59,159 nucleotides of DNA from a virus. Its lineage: Duplodnaviria; Caudoviricetes. Location of the stretch: IMG/VR virus record IMGVR_UViG_3300044506_000022, positions 1 through 59,159 of that record. One strand, 5' to 3'. Positions 26,278 through 35,242 of the stretch are shown piece after piece. Each line of letters opens with the position of its first letter. The first letter of the stretch is position 1. The translations under genes and the position numbers were made by a program. The notes under the pieces are model-generated. The model was given only the letters and a program-made list of their open reading frames with translations. It made no database searches and was not told the DNA's origin.

Positions 26278-27118
26278 AGACTCTCTTCCCTACTTCGTAG
26301 AATCCTGCAGCATTAGCAAATATTGGTGGAAGCTCAATTAATTGCCCTCTAACATTTACAATTGGTTTTATTAATTGAGCTCTTGGGAAATATTCTGTTA
26401 AATATGGTATAACTTTTTCAGCTGCACCTCCTATAACATAAACTTCATCATCTTTTCTCCATTTGGTTAAAGCATTAACTGCAATTTTTCTTGCTAAATC
26501 TACTGGATTTGTTGGTGAAATATCTTCATTACCATCTGAAAAACCTCCGTAAATAGTCCAAGAATTTAAGTCCGAAAACTTCTTATTATTCATTGAAGCT
26601 AAGTTTACAGTTCCACTTCCAATATCAATCATTCTTAATTGACCATGTTTCATAATATTGAAAAATGCACTTGCTCCCTCTGCAGCCACTTCACATTTAT
26701 GAATAATAAAAGTTTTTTCTAACCCATTTACTGTTATTGAGTGTTCCCCTTCTAGCATGTTGCGTATAATTTTTTTTTCAGATTCAACGTGCTTAGAAAT
26801 TGGTTGACCTACAATTATCTTTAAGTTTTTTTGGTCCGTGTATTGGTGTATGGCTATCAGAACTCGGATTAGTGTGTCAGAATTAGCTTTTGTGTCGCCT
26901 CTGATATTACCACCTGATTCACTTTCTAATGCTAAACTTCCAGCAAATCCTCTTTTCCCTTTATAAGCAAATTCAATATCGCATTCTCCTAGTCGATCAG
27001 TAAGTTTACGCTCTCTATATTCCCCAATTGCTGAAAGGAATTTTAGAACCCCAATAGGCCCAACAGCTTTAACTTCATTACCTCCTCCATCAATACCAAT
27101 TACCATATAATCTCCCAT
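26267..27118 (-). CDS. ParM/StbA-family actin-like ATPase
   Basis: GIDGGGNEVK, GQP, AEG, IDIGSGTVN, IGGAA, FANAAGFY actin-fold motifs. Confidence 0.9.
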   Translation of the reverse strand: MGDYMVIGIDGGGNEVKAVGPIGVLKFLSAIGEYRERKLTDRLGECDIEFAYKGKRGFAGSLALESESGGNIRGDTKANSDTLIRVLIAIHQYTDQKNLKIIVGQPISKHVESEKKIIRNMLEGEHSITVNGLEKTFIIHKCEVAAEGASAFFNIMKHGQLRMIDIGSGTVNLASMNNKKFSDLNSWTIYGGFSDGNEDISPTNPVDLARKIAVNALTKWRKDDEVYVIGGAAEKVIPYLTEYFPRAQLIKPIVNVRGQLIELPPIFANAAGFYEVGKRVYGK

Positions 27119-27300
27119 ACTCTCACCCTTTCGTGTGATGTAGGTGAGAGGTAAACGAGTATGAAGTTTGTTTAGGTGTGAAGTACCTCCCACTTAATAA
27201 AGCATACTATCTATTTCTTGAAAAATTGCGTGTACTAGAAAAAAATTTCTTTAGAGGAAATAGGAAGGTGATTATCGAAAGTTATTTCAGAGGTGGAAAA

Positions 27301-27501
27301 ATGAATTTAAAAAATCGTATAAAGATTATTTGTGCCGAAAAAGAAATACAATTATCAACTATTGCAGATCATCTGGAAATTAGTTATTCGAAGTTTAGTA
27401 AAATGGTAAATGGTAAACAGGTAATAACAGTTAAGGAAGGATTAATAATAACGAGGTTTTTAGATAAACCATTTGAAGAGGTATTTTACTTAGAGGAATA
27501 A
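27301..27501 (+). CDS. XRE/Cro-like HTH regulator divergent from the ParM operon
   Basis: LKNRIKIICAEK...SKMVNGK...FEEVF; gaggtgg RBS. Confidence 0.85.
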   Translation: MNLKNRIKIICAEKEIQLSTIADHLEISYSKFSKMVNGKQVITVKEGLIITRFLDKPFEEVFYLEE

Positions 27502-27512
27502 AAATAGACTCA

Positions 27513-27839
27513 TCAAGTAATGAGTCTTGTTAAATACTGTAAATTATCTGCTTCACGTTTGATACGATGATAAACAACTTTCTTAGAATCAATTTCCTTT
27601 TCTAGTTCTAATATACCTTTTTTTAGTTCGTTAGTTTCTGAATGCATTGCAGCTTCTCGTAATCTTTCACTTTTTTCATTCTTTGCGCCAGCAAGTAAAA
27701 GTTTGTTTTCTAAAGAGGTTAGTTTAAAATTAGCAGTCTTTAATTTATGTACTGAATCATAATAATCTTTTTCAACTTTTTCTAATTCCAATGGAATCTT
27801 TTTTAGTCTCTCAAGAAGGTAGTCTCTCATTAATTCCAC
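27513..27839 (-). CDS. Coiled-coil hypothetical protein
   Basis: ORF with aaggag RBS; AKNEK..REAA. Confidence 0.65.
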   Translation of the reverse strand: MELMRDYLLERLKKIPLELEKVEKDYYDSVHKLKTANFKLTSLENKLLLAGAKNEKSERLREAAMHSETNELKKGILELEKEIDSKKVVYHRIKREADNLQYLTRLIT

Positions 27840-27877
27840 TCCTTAGAAATGCTTTTGTCAGCAACTCGCTTGCTTCA

Positions 27878-28002
27878 AGCATATGTTAAAGTTACATAAA
27901 AAATGCAAGTACCCCAGTTCGATAATTAATAATATAAGATAGTCCATTTTAAACGATAAGTAACAAATTTATAGTCATACCGTTAATACCCCTGCATATC
28001 CT
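27878..28002. promoter_or_regulatory. Divergent sigma-E/K-like promoters
   Basis: Minus: TGCATT-N16-CATATGCT (27907-27878); plus: GTCATA-N15-CATATCCT (27974-28002). Confidence 0.5.
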
Positions 28003-28028
28003 TTAGTAAAACTACTGGGGGGGATATT

Positions 28029-28355
28029 ATGAGTGTTGAGGGGGAAGACATGTCTAATAAGCAAAAAATACATAGCGCCATACATATTGTAAATGATTGG
28101 ATGGAAAGAAATTGGGATGAAGACGAAGAAGTAATTAATAGCATGAAAGAGATTATTGACCAATTGGAGAAATCTTTTCAACGAGAAGAAATATTAACCA
28201 AAATTATGGAGCTTAATAACAAAGCTTCAAATTATATAGGCCAAAAATATGAAGAAGCGTTGAGAAGAGTTAGTAACATAGCATATTACAGTATAATTCC
28301 TTTTGGTGCGGTCAAAAAAATCGGAAAAATAGTAGATGAAGCTTTAAAAAAATAG
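28029..28355 (+). CDS. Hypothetical helical protein
   Basis: ORF with RBS, followed by a terminator. Confidence 0.65.
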   Translation: MSVEGEDMSNKQKIHSAIHIVNDWMERNWDEDEEVINSMKEIIDQLEKSFQREEILTKIMELNNKASNYIGQKYEEALRRVSNIAYYSIIPFGAVKKIGKIVDEALKK

Positions 28356-28362
28356 AGAATGG

Positions 28363-28391
28363 GCTCACCTTTATAGGTGGGCTTTTTCTTT
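28363..28391 (+). terminator. Intrinsic terminator
   Basis: gctcacct-ttat-aggtgggc plus tttttcttt. Confidence 0.75.
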
Positions 28392-28427
28392 GTTATAATA
28401 TAAGCAATTTCATTTAAACAGAGGACT

Positions 28428-28494
28428 GATGTTACATTTAAAATAGCTAGAGTGTTAGATTTAAAAGCAAAAGGATATTTGGGAAATTAACTAA
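28428..28494 (+). pseudogene. Frameshifted C-terminal remnant of an XRE HTH gene
   Basis: DVTFKIARVLDLKA then, with one A removed, KDIWEIN*; no start codon or N-terminus. Confidence 0.45.
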
Positions 28495-28514
28495 ATAAAA
28501 GGAATGAATTACCT

Positions 28515-28859
28515 ATGTTTCCAACTGAAAGACAAGATTATTACATAAAAACTTTAGAGCAAAACTTACATCGTTCTATATTTGCAGTCATCTATAATAC
28601 AATATTGTCAAAAGGTGGAGGGTTTGAACTAATAAGAAAATTCCCTAAGACAATGACTAATGATGATGTCCAATCTATTATTAATTCAATTAATAAATTT
28701 ACTAAAATAAATGAACCTATTCTATGGAAAAGATACAACAATGAAGCAATATCAAAAAAAGAAATTGAAACATTACTAACAGAGTATAGAATACTTGAAC
28801 TTTACTACAAGCTTCCAATCGAAGCTGAAATAATCAAAGGATTAATGAATAAATTTTGA
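28515..28859 (+). CDS. Hypothetical protein (moron-like)
   Basis: AT-rich ORF with aaagga RBS. Confidence 0.55.
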   Translation: MFPTERQDYYIKTLEQNLHRSIFAVIYNTILSKGGGFELIRKFPKTMTNDDVQSIINSINKFTKINEPILWKRYNNEAISKKEIETLLTEYRILELYYKLPIEAEIIKGLMNKF

Positions 28860-28895
28860 AACACTTCCGTTCACAAAATTTCCAAACAATATTAC

Positions 28896-28920
28896 AGGTT
28901 TGTTGATTTTATCACCGAAT
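28896..28920 (+). promoter_or_regulatory. Sigma-H-like promoter
   Basis: AGGT-N17-GAAT upstream of the 28943 ORF. Confidence 0.4.
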
Positions 28921-28942
28921 TTATTATTTGAGGTGATGATGA

Positions 28943-29284
28943 ATGGCTAAAAATTTAGCTGAAGAACAATTTATCAATGAATGTGTAAAAGCAATTAGTA
29001 ACAAGAATTTAGATCATTGCTTACTGTTGAGTGGTAAAGATAACGGTCAAAAGAGATTCCAAATCGATGCTTACGAACTAAATTTAGAACATGACGAACA
29101 CATTATTTTATTATTTACTTCAGATGGGATTAGTCGTTTTATGGAAAAAGCAGGATTTAGTTATTTAAGTAATGAAGAAGCAACTAGTAATTTCAAACGA
29201 ATTATCAAAGAACTCATTGAGGTACATGATGCACAGCAAAAATTCCAAAAAATTTTATGTACAATAGCCATGGAATCAATCTAG
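28943..29284 (+). CDS. Hypothetical protein (moron-like)
   Basis: ORF with gaggtg RBS. Confidence 0.65.
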   Translation: MAKNLAEEQFINECVKAISNKNLDHCLLLSGKDNGQKRFQIDAYELNLEHDEHIILLFTSDGISRFMEKAGFSYLSNEEATSNFKRIIKELIEVHDAQQKFQKILCTIAMESI

Positions 29285-29309
29285 ACTCCATGGCTATTTA
29301 TAATTACTT

Positions 29310-29675
29310 CTATTCCTTTTTAGTTAATTCAGTAGTTACCCAAACTTTTTGCCCATCTTCTAATTTTGCAACCATATATCCTACATGCCATTCATCAACT
29401 GTCATTTTCGTTCCAACTGGAAATTCAATTGCCTTCCCATCATTTACTAATTCATCAAATTTAGCTTGATCCTTTATCATAACTGCATGAACAAATTCAT
29501 CATAACTTTTTTTGTCAAATTCTAAATAAGTCTGTTTTTTAAGTTCAATTTTTGTACCTGGATCAAATCCTTCGCTATCACTTGAACCTTTATCATTCAA
29601 AACTAGCCAAGTCATCCCTATTGCAAATAAAATAATAAAAACCAAACAACCTCCACGCTTACTTTCTTTCTTCAC
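29310..29675 (-). CDS. Membrane-anchored extracellular protein
   Basis: KKESKR then one TM helix and a small beta-rich domain. Confidence 0.7.
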   Translation of the reverse strand: MKKESKRGGCLVFIILFAIGMTWLVLNDKGSSDSEGFDPGTKIELKKQTYLEFDKKSYDEFVHAVMIKDQAKFDELVNDGKAIEFPVGTKMTVDEWHVGYMVAKLEDGQKVWVTTELTKKE

Positions 29676-29762
29676 CGGACATAACCCTTCCCTTTTGTTA
29701 TTAAATTCAGAATAATATTTCTATTAAAGAGTATACCAAGTCTATTAAATTTATTCACCAAT

Positions 29763-29795
29763 AAAAAAAGCCCTACTCCATAGAGGAATAGGGAC
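29763..29795 (-). terminator. Terminator at the end of the late region
   Basis: ccctactcc-N5-ggaataggg with a minus-strand T-tract. Confidence 0.7.
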
Positions 29796-29802
29796 AATAA
29801 CC

Positions 29803-30123
29803 TTAAAACAAACTTTTATTAATCGTAATTTTCCCTGTCATAACAGTTGTTACGTTACCAAGTGCATCTGTTAATACAGCTCCATGATAAAATATACCTT
29901 CTAAACTTTGTGTATCTATAGGATTTAGAGTAATTGTAAATTCACCTTTCGTAGGATTGCTTAATGTTATTCCGTTTGTGTCTGTTTTTAAAATGTTGCT
30001 AAAACCCCATTTTATTTTAGATCCTGTTATATCCAGTTCAGCATTGTTTTCTTTTGTAACGGGAACTATAATTTCTTTACTTTCGCCAGCAAACATTGAA
30101 AAGTTTTGTTTAGTGGCAGTCAT
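29803..30123 (-). CDS. BppU-like Ig-fold structural protein
   Basis: GESKEI.VPV...LDITG...GEFTITLNP.DT..L.G.FYH...TG.ITI. Confidence 0.6.
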   Translation of the reverse strand: MTATKQNFSMFAGESKEIIVPVTKENNAELDITGSKIKWGFSNILKTDTNGITLSNPTKGEFTITLNPIDTQSLEGIFYHGAVLTDALGNVTTVMTGKITINKSLF

Positions 30124-31973
30124 TAGACATCACCCTTTAAATTAATGATAAGAATTCTTGAGCCCTGTAAATATACCTTAGGATTATGATTTCCATCTAG
30201 TCTTATGGATAAATTTCTATTCCCATTTAAATAAATTTTGTTTGTGGTTTGAATTAAATTTGCGGAAATTGAATCGATGATTGTTATAGCATCTGATAGA
30301 GTGACCGAGTAGGAGTTTTGTTTAAGAAGTTGGAATATGGCTGTATCTATAATTGCGATTGAATCCGATAAGACTTTGAATCCATTAAATTTTTTAGTTA
30401 ACGAATCGGTAATTGTAACTGTATCTAATAATGTTAAATTGTAAGATTGCTTTTTATTTGTTATTGAGTCAGAAATAGCTATAGTATCCGATAAATTTTT
30501 AAATCCAATAATTTTTTTAGTTAATGTATCTGCTACAACAATAGAATCAGTTAAAAACTTAGTATAAGTTGTACCAATTGCACTTGATGAAGTAAGCGAA
30601 TCTGTAGTTAATATCGAATCAGATAAAGATTTGTTTACTGTGTATTTTTTTGAAATATAATCAGATAGAGTTACTGTATCAGATAATGATGTATTCCCTG
30701 TAAATTGTTGAGTTAATGAGTCAGTAATCGAAATACTGTCAGTTACTGTTTTAAACCCTAAAAATCCTTTTGATAATCCTTCTGATATTACAATTGAGTC
30801 GGAAAGTAATTTATTATAAGAACCCTTTTTATTAATGTTTAAATCTGAGATAGTAACAGAATCAGAAATCGCCTTTTTATATACTGCTGTTTTTTTAGTT
30901 AAAAAATCAGTAGTAGTTATAGTATCAGAGAGAGTTTTAAATCCAACAAATTTTTTAGATAATGAATCGGTAATATTTACTGAATCTGAAATAGATTTAT
31001 AGTTTGTACATTGTTTATTTGTTAATGAATCTGTAACTGAGATAGAATCAGATAAATTTGTCACATAGTAATTAGGAAGACCAACTGCTGTTCCAATCGC
31101 ATAGTTTTGAGTTATTTCAGAATCTGTTAAAACACGATTATAAATACGAAGAGCATAAATATTACCTTTAAATGCATTGGTAGTACCAGACACTGCTTCA
31201 TCACCAATTAGCCAGGTTCGCGTAGTAGAGAAATCCCATATGCTTGACATCGTTAGAAAATTGACATATGCACCATTTAGATACACACTAACTTTTTTTG
31301 TTGTAATATCTACTGTCCATGCAACATGTGCATATACATTATTACCTGTATACGGTTGTCCTATATTAGAAGTTTGTCCATTTAATTCATATGAAAAACC
31401 ATTCCCACCTGATAGGAAAAATCCACTTTTATTTAAGTCTGAAAGTATGTCTAATCCACTGGAACTCGGTTTGATTAATGCTTCGAATGTGTAATTACCT
31501 GTAAACTGTATATCTGATATTCTACCGAATACACTCCCGTTAAATGGAATGTACGTACCGATTACATCACTACTACTTGCTGTTGCTCCGTTGATAATCA
31601 TTAGGTGTTTTCCTGGTGTATTTGGCGAAATATTTGTCCAAGTATTTCGTATAATACTTTCACCTGACCACTGAGCAGGTGTATTGTCTGTCCAGTTCAT
31701 TTGTGCACGAATTGTTAGACTATATCCATTAACAGCTTCAATAATAGCAAAAATCGTTGCTACAACACCATCATTCGTAATATAATCACCAGGTTTTACG
31801 CCAGCTGCATCAAATGTTGTACGTGAATAACTACTTACAGTAAAGGTGTATGTCTGTCCTTGCGTATAATTGCTAATCCCTGAATCAAAATCAATTTGTC
31901 CTAGATTTGTAAACTGAATGTAATTATTACTTGCATTCCAATAAGTTTCTAATCCGTTTGTTACAATAGGCAC
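30123..31973 (-). CDS. LamG/ConA-like lectin-domain protein with a 13-repeat stalk
   Basis: IVTNGL..YW, YTFEALI, HVAWT, VYLNG, FKGNIYALRIYNRVLTDSEI; about 13 LSD(S/T)I.I(T/S)D repeats of 20-24 aa. Confidence 0.8.
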   Translation of the reverse strand: MPIVTNGLETYWNASNNYIQFTNLGQIDFDSGISNYTQGQTYTFTVSSYSRTTFDAAGVKPGDYITNDGVVATIFAIIEAVNGYSLTIRAQMNWTDNTPAQWSGESIIRNTWTNISPNTPGKHLMIINGATASSSDVIGTYIPFNGSVFGRISDIQFTGNYTFEALIKPSSSGLDILSDLNKSGFFLSGGNGFSYELNGQTSNIGQPYTGNNVYAHVAWTVDITTKKVSVYLNGAYVNFLTMSSIWDFSTTRTWLIGDEAVSGTTNAFKGNIYALRIYNRVLTDSEITQNYAIGTAVGLPNYYVTNLSDSISVTDSLTNKQCTNYKSISDSVNITDSLSKKFVGFKTLSDTITTTDFLTKKTAVYKKAISDSVTISDLNINKKGSYNKLLSDSIVISEGLSKGFLGFKTVTDSISITDSLTQQFTGNTSLSDTVTLSDYISKKYTVNKSLSDSILTTDSLTSSSAIGTTYTKFLTDSIVVADTLTKKIIGFKNLSDTIAISDSITNKKQSYNLTLLDTVTITDSLTKKFNGFKVLSDSIAIIDTAIFQLLKQNSYSVTLSDAITIIDSISANLIQTTNKIYLNGNRNLSIRLDGNHNPKVYLQGSRILIINLKGDV

Positions 31974-32011
31974 TTAATCACCCACTTTCGGGGGTATGAG
32001 AATATTTCATA

Positions 32012-32470
32012 TTAACTAAACGTAATTTGCCAAGTAACTTGCAATTGATCTGCAGCTTGATTAAGTGGATAAGCACCCGTTAATTGATGAGCAAATAATG
32101 TTCCACTTGTAGATGCATTAAATAACCCTGCCTCTTGAACTGTTATTGAAGCAGTAATGCCAGTTAATGTAGCAACATACTGAACGACATTTCCTGATGG
32201 ATTAGAACGAGTAACCGCTACACGAGCATAACCATTTCCAGATAGTTCTGTTCCTAATGTAGTATCAGTAGCAGCGACTGCAGTTGTAGAAGAACCAAAA
32301 CCCATGTATGTTATAACTGAATTCCCTGCATTTGTTGAATTTAATAAAGAAGCTAATGAGTTTTTGCCTACGGTAGTAACAATATTTTCTATCCAACCAC
32401 TGTCTTTAAGTAAAATACCATTACGAAAATGTTCAACTCTTAATCTACCAGTTACTTTAATGTTCGACAT
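32012..32470 (-). CDS. Fibre-anchor-like virion structural protein
   Basis: NIVTTVGK...G..TTA..ATDT.LGTEL...EAGLFNASTSGTLFA...LQVTWQITF. Confidence 0.6.
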   Translation of the reverse strand: MSNIKVTGRLRVEHFRNGILLKDSGWIENIVTTVGKNSLASLLNSTNAGNSVITYMGFGSSTTAVAATDTTLGTELSGNGYARVAVTRSNPSGNVVQYVATLTGITASITVQEAGLFNASTSGTLFAHQLTGAYPLNQAADQLQVTWQITFS

Positions 32471-32500
32471 TTGACTACCTCCTAAAATTTTTTAAGCAAT

Positions 32501-32529
32501 AAAAAAGACGTAGGATAATATCCCACGTC
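32501..32529 (-). terminator. Terminator after the endolysin gene
   Basis: gacgtagga...tcccacgtc with a minus-strand T-tract. Confidence 0.6.
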
Positions 32530-32540
32530 CTCTAAAAACC

Positions 32541-33161
32541 TTATTTAATTCGTAATTTCTGACCTGAAACGATAAAGTTTTGGTCTTCTAGTTTACTAAG
32601 ATTAGCAATCTGTTTAACAGTGACACCGTATTTAAGCGCAATATCTGAAACCGTATCTCCGGGTTTAACTACATAATAAACAGGTTGAATTGGATGTGAT
32701 ACCACTACAGCATCATATTGATAAAGTTTGAATGACTCTATTACGCTAATTAATTCCTCAGCATAAGTAGGCAGAGTACAGTAATCACTCTCTCTAACAG
32801 CGTGTGCTGCCTTTCTATAATTCTTCTCTCCTATTACTCTTGCATATTTTTTAGGATCCCACGATACACCGTTTTTATAGAGTTTACCTAAATCTTGAAG
32901 TGACTCTAAAAAAGTAGGGTATTTTCTAAAAGGTGCCATGATTTGGTACGATACATCACCTTTATATTCTGTTGTCCTCATCACAATTGATCGACCGTTA
33001 TACGAACCTTTTATTCCAAACAGATTATTTCCTTTTAATGCTAATCCACTTTTGCCATATCCACTTTCTACACATGCCTGTGCAATAACTAAAGAAGCGA
33101 GGACATTGTAATCCCTCGCCACTTTTTGAGCATATGGAGCAATTTTATCAATAAAAATCAT
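32541..33161 (-). CDS. Endolysin: GH73 glucosaminidase plus LysM
   Basis: AQACVESGYG, NNLFGIKG, FRKY; C-terminal YVVKPGDTVSDIA...GQKLRI. Confidence 0.9.
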   Translation of the reverse strand: MIFIDKIAPYAQKVARDYNVLASLVIAQACVESGYGKSGLALKGNNLFGIKGSYNGRSIVMRTTEYKGDVSYQIMAPFRKYPTFLESLQDLGKLYKNGVSWDPKKYARVIGEKNYRKAAHAVRESDYCTLPTYAEELISVIESFKLYQYDAVVVSHPIQPVYYVVKPGDTVSDIALKYGVTVKQIANLSKLEDQNFIVSGQKLRIK

Positions 33162-33174
33162 ATTTATTCCTCCC

Positions 33175-33651
33175 TTATTGTACTGATGGAGTTACTTGTT
33201 TAACTTGATCTAATTCCTTTTGGATTGCTTCAATTTTCGCTAAAAGTTCTGGTACAGATTGCGATTGTACTTGAGTTTGTACTGGTTGAACTACTGCTTG
33301 TGGTTGTACTGGTTGAGCAACTACTTGTGGTTGTTCTACTGCTTGAGCTTGACCATCAAGAATAGGTTGTTGAATTGCTTCTGATTGATTATTAACTTCT
33401 TCTGATACATGATTTTCTTCTGCAGGATCTTCTAAAGGCTCTGGTTGAGCGTTCGTAATGATTTGATGAGTAAGTTGTAGAGCAGATTGCTTACCATCTA
33501 CATACGATTGACCAAAAATATAAGCCATCACGACTCCGGCAATACTAAGCACTGATTCAGTCGGAATTTTTAAGTCTAACCCTTGATTTGCTACCATTAA
33601 TAAAGCTGATACAATTGCCATCCATAATTTGCGTGATTTTAATTTTTCCAT
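33175..33651 (-). CDS. Holin-like protein with long Gln/Val/Pro-rich tail
   Basis: KLKSRKLWMAIV...YIFGQSYVD 2-TM region, then low-complexity tail and short coiled coil. Confidence 0.65.
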   Translation of the reverse strand: MEKLKSRKLWMAIVSALLMVANQGLDLKIPTESVLSIAGVVMAYIFGQSYVDGKQSALQLTHQIITNAQPEPLEDPAEENHVSEEVNNQSEAIQQPILDGQAQAVEQPQVVAQPVQPQAVVQPVQTQVQSQSVPELLAKIEAIQKELDQVKQVTPSVQ

Positions 33652-33652
33652 T

Positions 33653-33847
33653 TCAATTCTCTCCCTTTGATTTTGATTTTTTCTCATGTTTACTGAAAAT
33701 CCCATATACAACAACAGCTCCTGCAACACAGTTAGCTGTGTAATTAATAACATCTTGCGTAATCACATTAATGTGAAAAGCGTTTAATACGAGTTTTATA
33801 GTCGCTAATAAAGCGATGGCTAATGTATAAGCGTTTCTACTATCCAC
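33653..33847 (-). CDS. Small holin
   Basis: Two TM segments, basic C-terminus, in the lysis cassette. Confidence 0.7.
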   Translation of the reverse strand: MDSRNAYTLAIALLATIKLVLNAFHINVITQDVINYTANCVAGAVVVYGIFSKHEKKSKSKGEN

Positions 33848-34169
33848 TTAGCTCACCAACTTTCCGATGTAGTTCCTTGTGAATTTCTTTTATTTCTGCT
33901 AATTCTTGCAAAACTGTATCATGTGTTTCTAACATCATTTTTTCTTGCTTTTCTCCTGCAAGCCTAGCCACGTATCCAAGAACAGGAAGTGCTACACCTT
34001 GAAAAAACACTGAGATTAGGTACTGCATCCAACCTACTAGATTAGTAGGACGTTGCCACAATAGAGGTAAAACTACCATTATAGAAATCAAATAAAAACA
34101 ATGCATCGTGCTCATCCAGTAAGCTAGTTTTTCACCTATCCAATCGTTTGCTTTTCGCAACTTGTTCAC
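33840..34169 (-). CDS. Membrane protein (DUF1003-like) in the lysis cassette
   Basis: Two TM segments, FQGVALPVL, C-terminal coiled coil. Confidence 0.55.
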   Translation of the reverse strand: MNKLRKANDWIGEKLAYWMSTMHCFYLISIMVVLPLLWQRPTNLVGWMQYLISVFFQGVALPVLGYVARLAGEKQEKMMLETHDTVLQELAEIKEIHKELHRKVGELSG

Positions 34170-34173
34170 CTCC

Positions 34174-34443
34174 TTATTTATGCGTGAAATAAGACAACAC
34201 TACTGAAGCAAGAGAAATCCCTACCGCTACCCACATCGGCAATACATTTTTATGAGTTGCTTTTTCTCTCTCTAATCGGTCTAACCGTTCATCTCTTAAC
34301 CTCAATTTGTCGTCAAGCATTTCTTTTGAAACAAAATGACTCTGCCATGCATCTAATTTCATATCTAGTTTCATGATGGCTTCCTCGATAGTTTCAAGTC
34401 TTGTTTCTAATCTTGTTAATCGTTCTGCTTCTGTTGGAGTCAT
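34174..34443 (-). CDS. XhlA-like lysis-associated protein
   Basis: ERLTRLET coiled coil plus C-terminal TM. Confidence 0.6.
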   Translation of the reverse strand: MTPTEAERLTRLETRLETIEEAIMKLDMKLDAWQSHFVSKEMLDDKLRLRDERLDRLEREKATHKNVLPMWVAVGISLASVVLSYFTHK

Positions 34444-34500
34444 TATCTACTGCTCCTTTCGAATAAAAGGCATAAAAAATACACCTTCTTGGGTGCTTGT

Positions 34501-34719
34501 TTACATTTGTTTACCTCTATCTCGTTCAATTGACTTAATGCAATGATTTTTTTGAATTAAATTTAGCAACTTGCACATGAAATTACAAAACGGACAATCA
34601 TGTTTTGCTAAGTGTTTCCCCATCCTTGATGACATAGTTTCGTCTGGATATCCACCTAGTAGAGCATTACAAAACTGGTCAATTGAGATTAAAACGTTCC
34701 AAATATATTGCTTTACCAT
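34501..34719 (-). CDS. Small phage protein of the tail/lysis region
   Basis: WNVLISIDQ..NALLGG.PDETMSSRMGK...C..C...HC. Confidence 0.7.
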   Translation of the reverse strand: MVKQYIWNVLISIDQFCNALLGGYPDETMSSRMGKHLAKHDCPFCNFMCKLLNLIQKNHCIKSIERDRGKQM

Positions 34720-35225
34720 ACGATACCATTCACTTCTTCGCTTGTTGTCGCTAACTTGACTTGTTTAACGAGATTATCCCATTTGTCGAACTGAGAGGCT
34801 AATAAACTACGACCATCAAGCCAAGCTTGAATAAATTGGTTCTTAGTATGCATTGCTCCGCCAAGTTCAACAGTAAACCAGTTAACCGGACTCCCGTCAT
34901 AAGCATTACTATTAATAAAACTGTACTCGGCATTAAACTTACCAATGCTTGTATCATCAGCTAAATAAGTATACATCGAACCTAAAGCTGACGATTTAAA
35001 GGTAGCGATCGACTGTTTATAGAAGTTTGTTAATTCAACTATTTTTTGTTCTTTAATACCTTCTAAAGTTAGTGAAGGTGTTATAAAACTTCCATCACTT
35101 TGATGAATTTGTCCTAATAATCCAAAGTCGCTTTTCATTTCATTTGACTGTAACACATAGTCTTCATTTACATATTTTTCACAAATAACAATTTTACTTG
35201 TCGGTTCTATTTCGATAACGCGCAT
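34713..35225 (-). CDS. Tail fibre assembly-like protein (DUF4376-like)
   Basis: F.SSALG..Y.Y; ends ATT.EEV..IVW. Confidence 0.65.
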   Translation of the reverse strand: MRVIEIEPTSKIVICEKYVNEDYVLQSNEMKSDFGLLGQIHQSDGSFITPSLTLEGIKEQKIVELTNFYKQSIATFKSSALGSMYTYLADDTSIGKFNAEYSFINSNAYDGSPVNWFTVELGGAMHTKNQFIQAWLDGRSLLASQFDKWDNLVKQVKLATTSEEVNGIVW

Positions 35226-35242
35226 TTATTTATACCTCCTTT

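Noticed and set aside
27119-27300. parC centromere or sporulation promoter upstream of the ParM-like gene
   Set aside because: No iterated repeats visible and only weak sigma-E/K matches.
30250-31060. Repeat region as a CRISPR array or DGR template
   Set aside because: Repeats are degenerate at DNA level and in frame within a protein; no cas or reverse transcriptase gene in the window.
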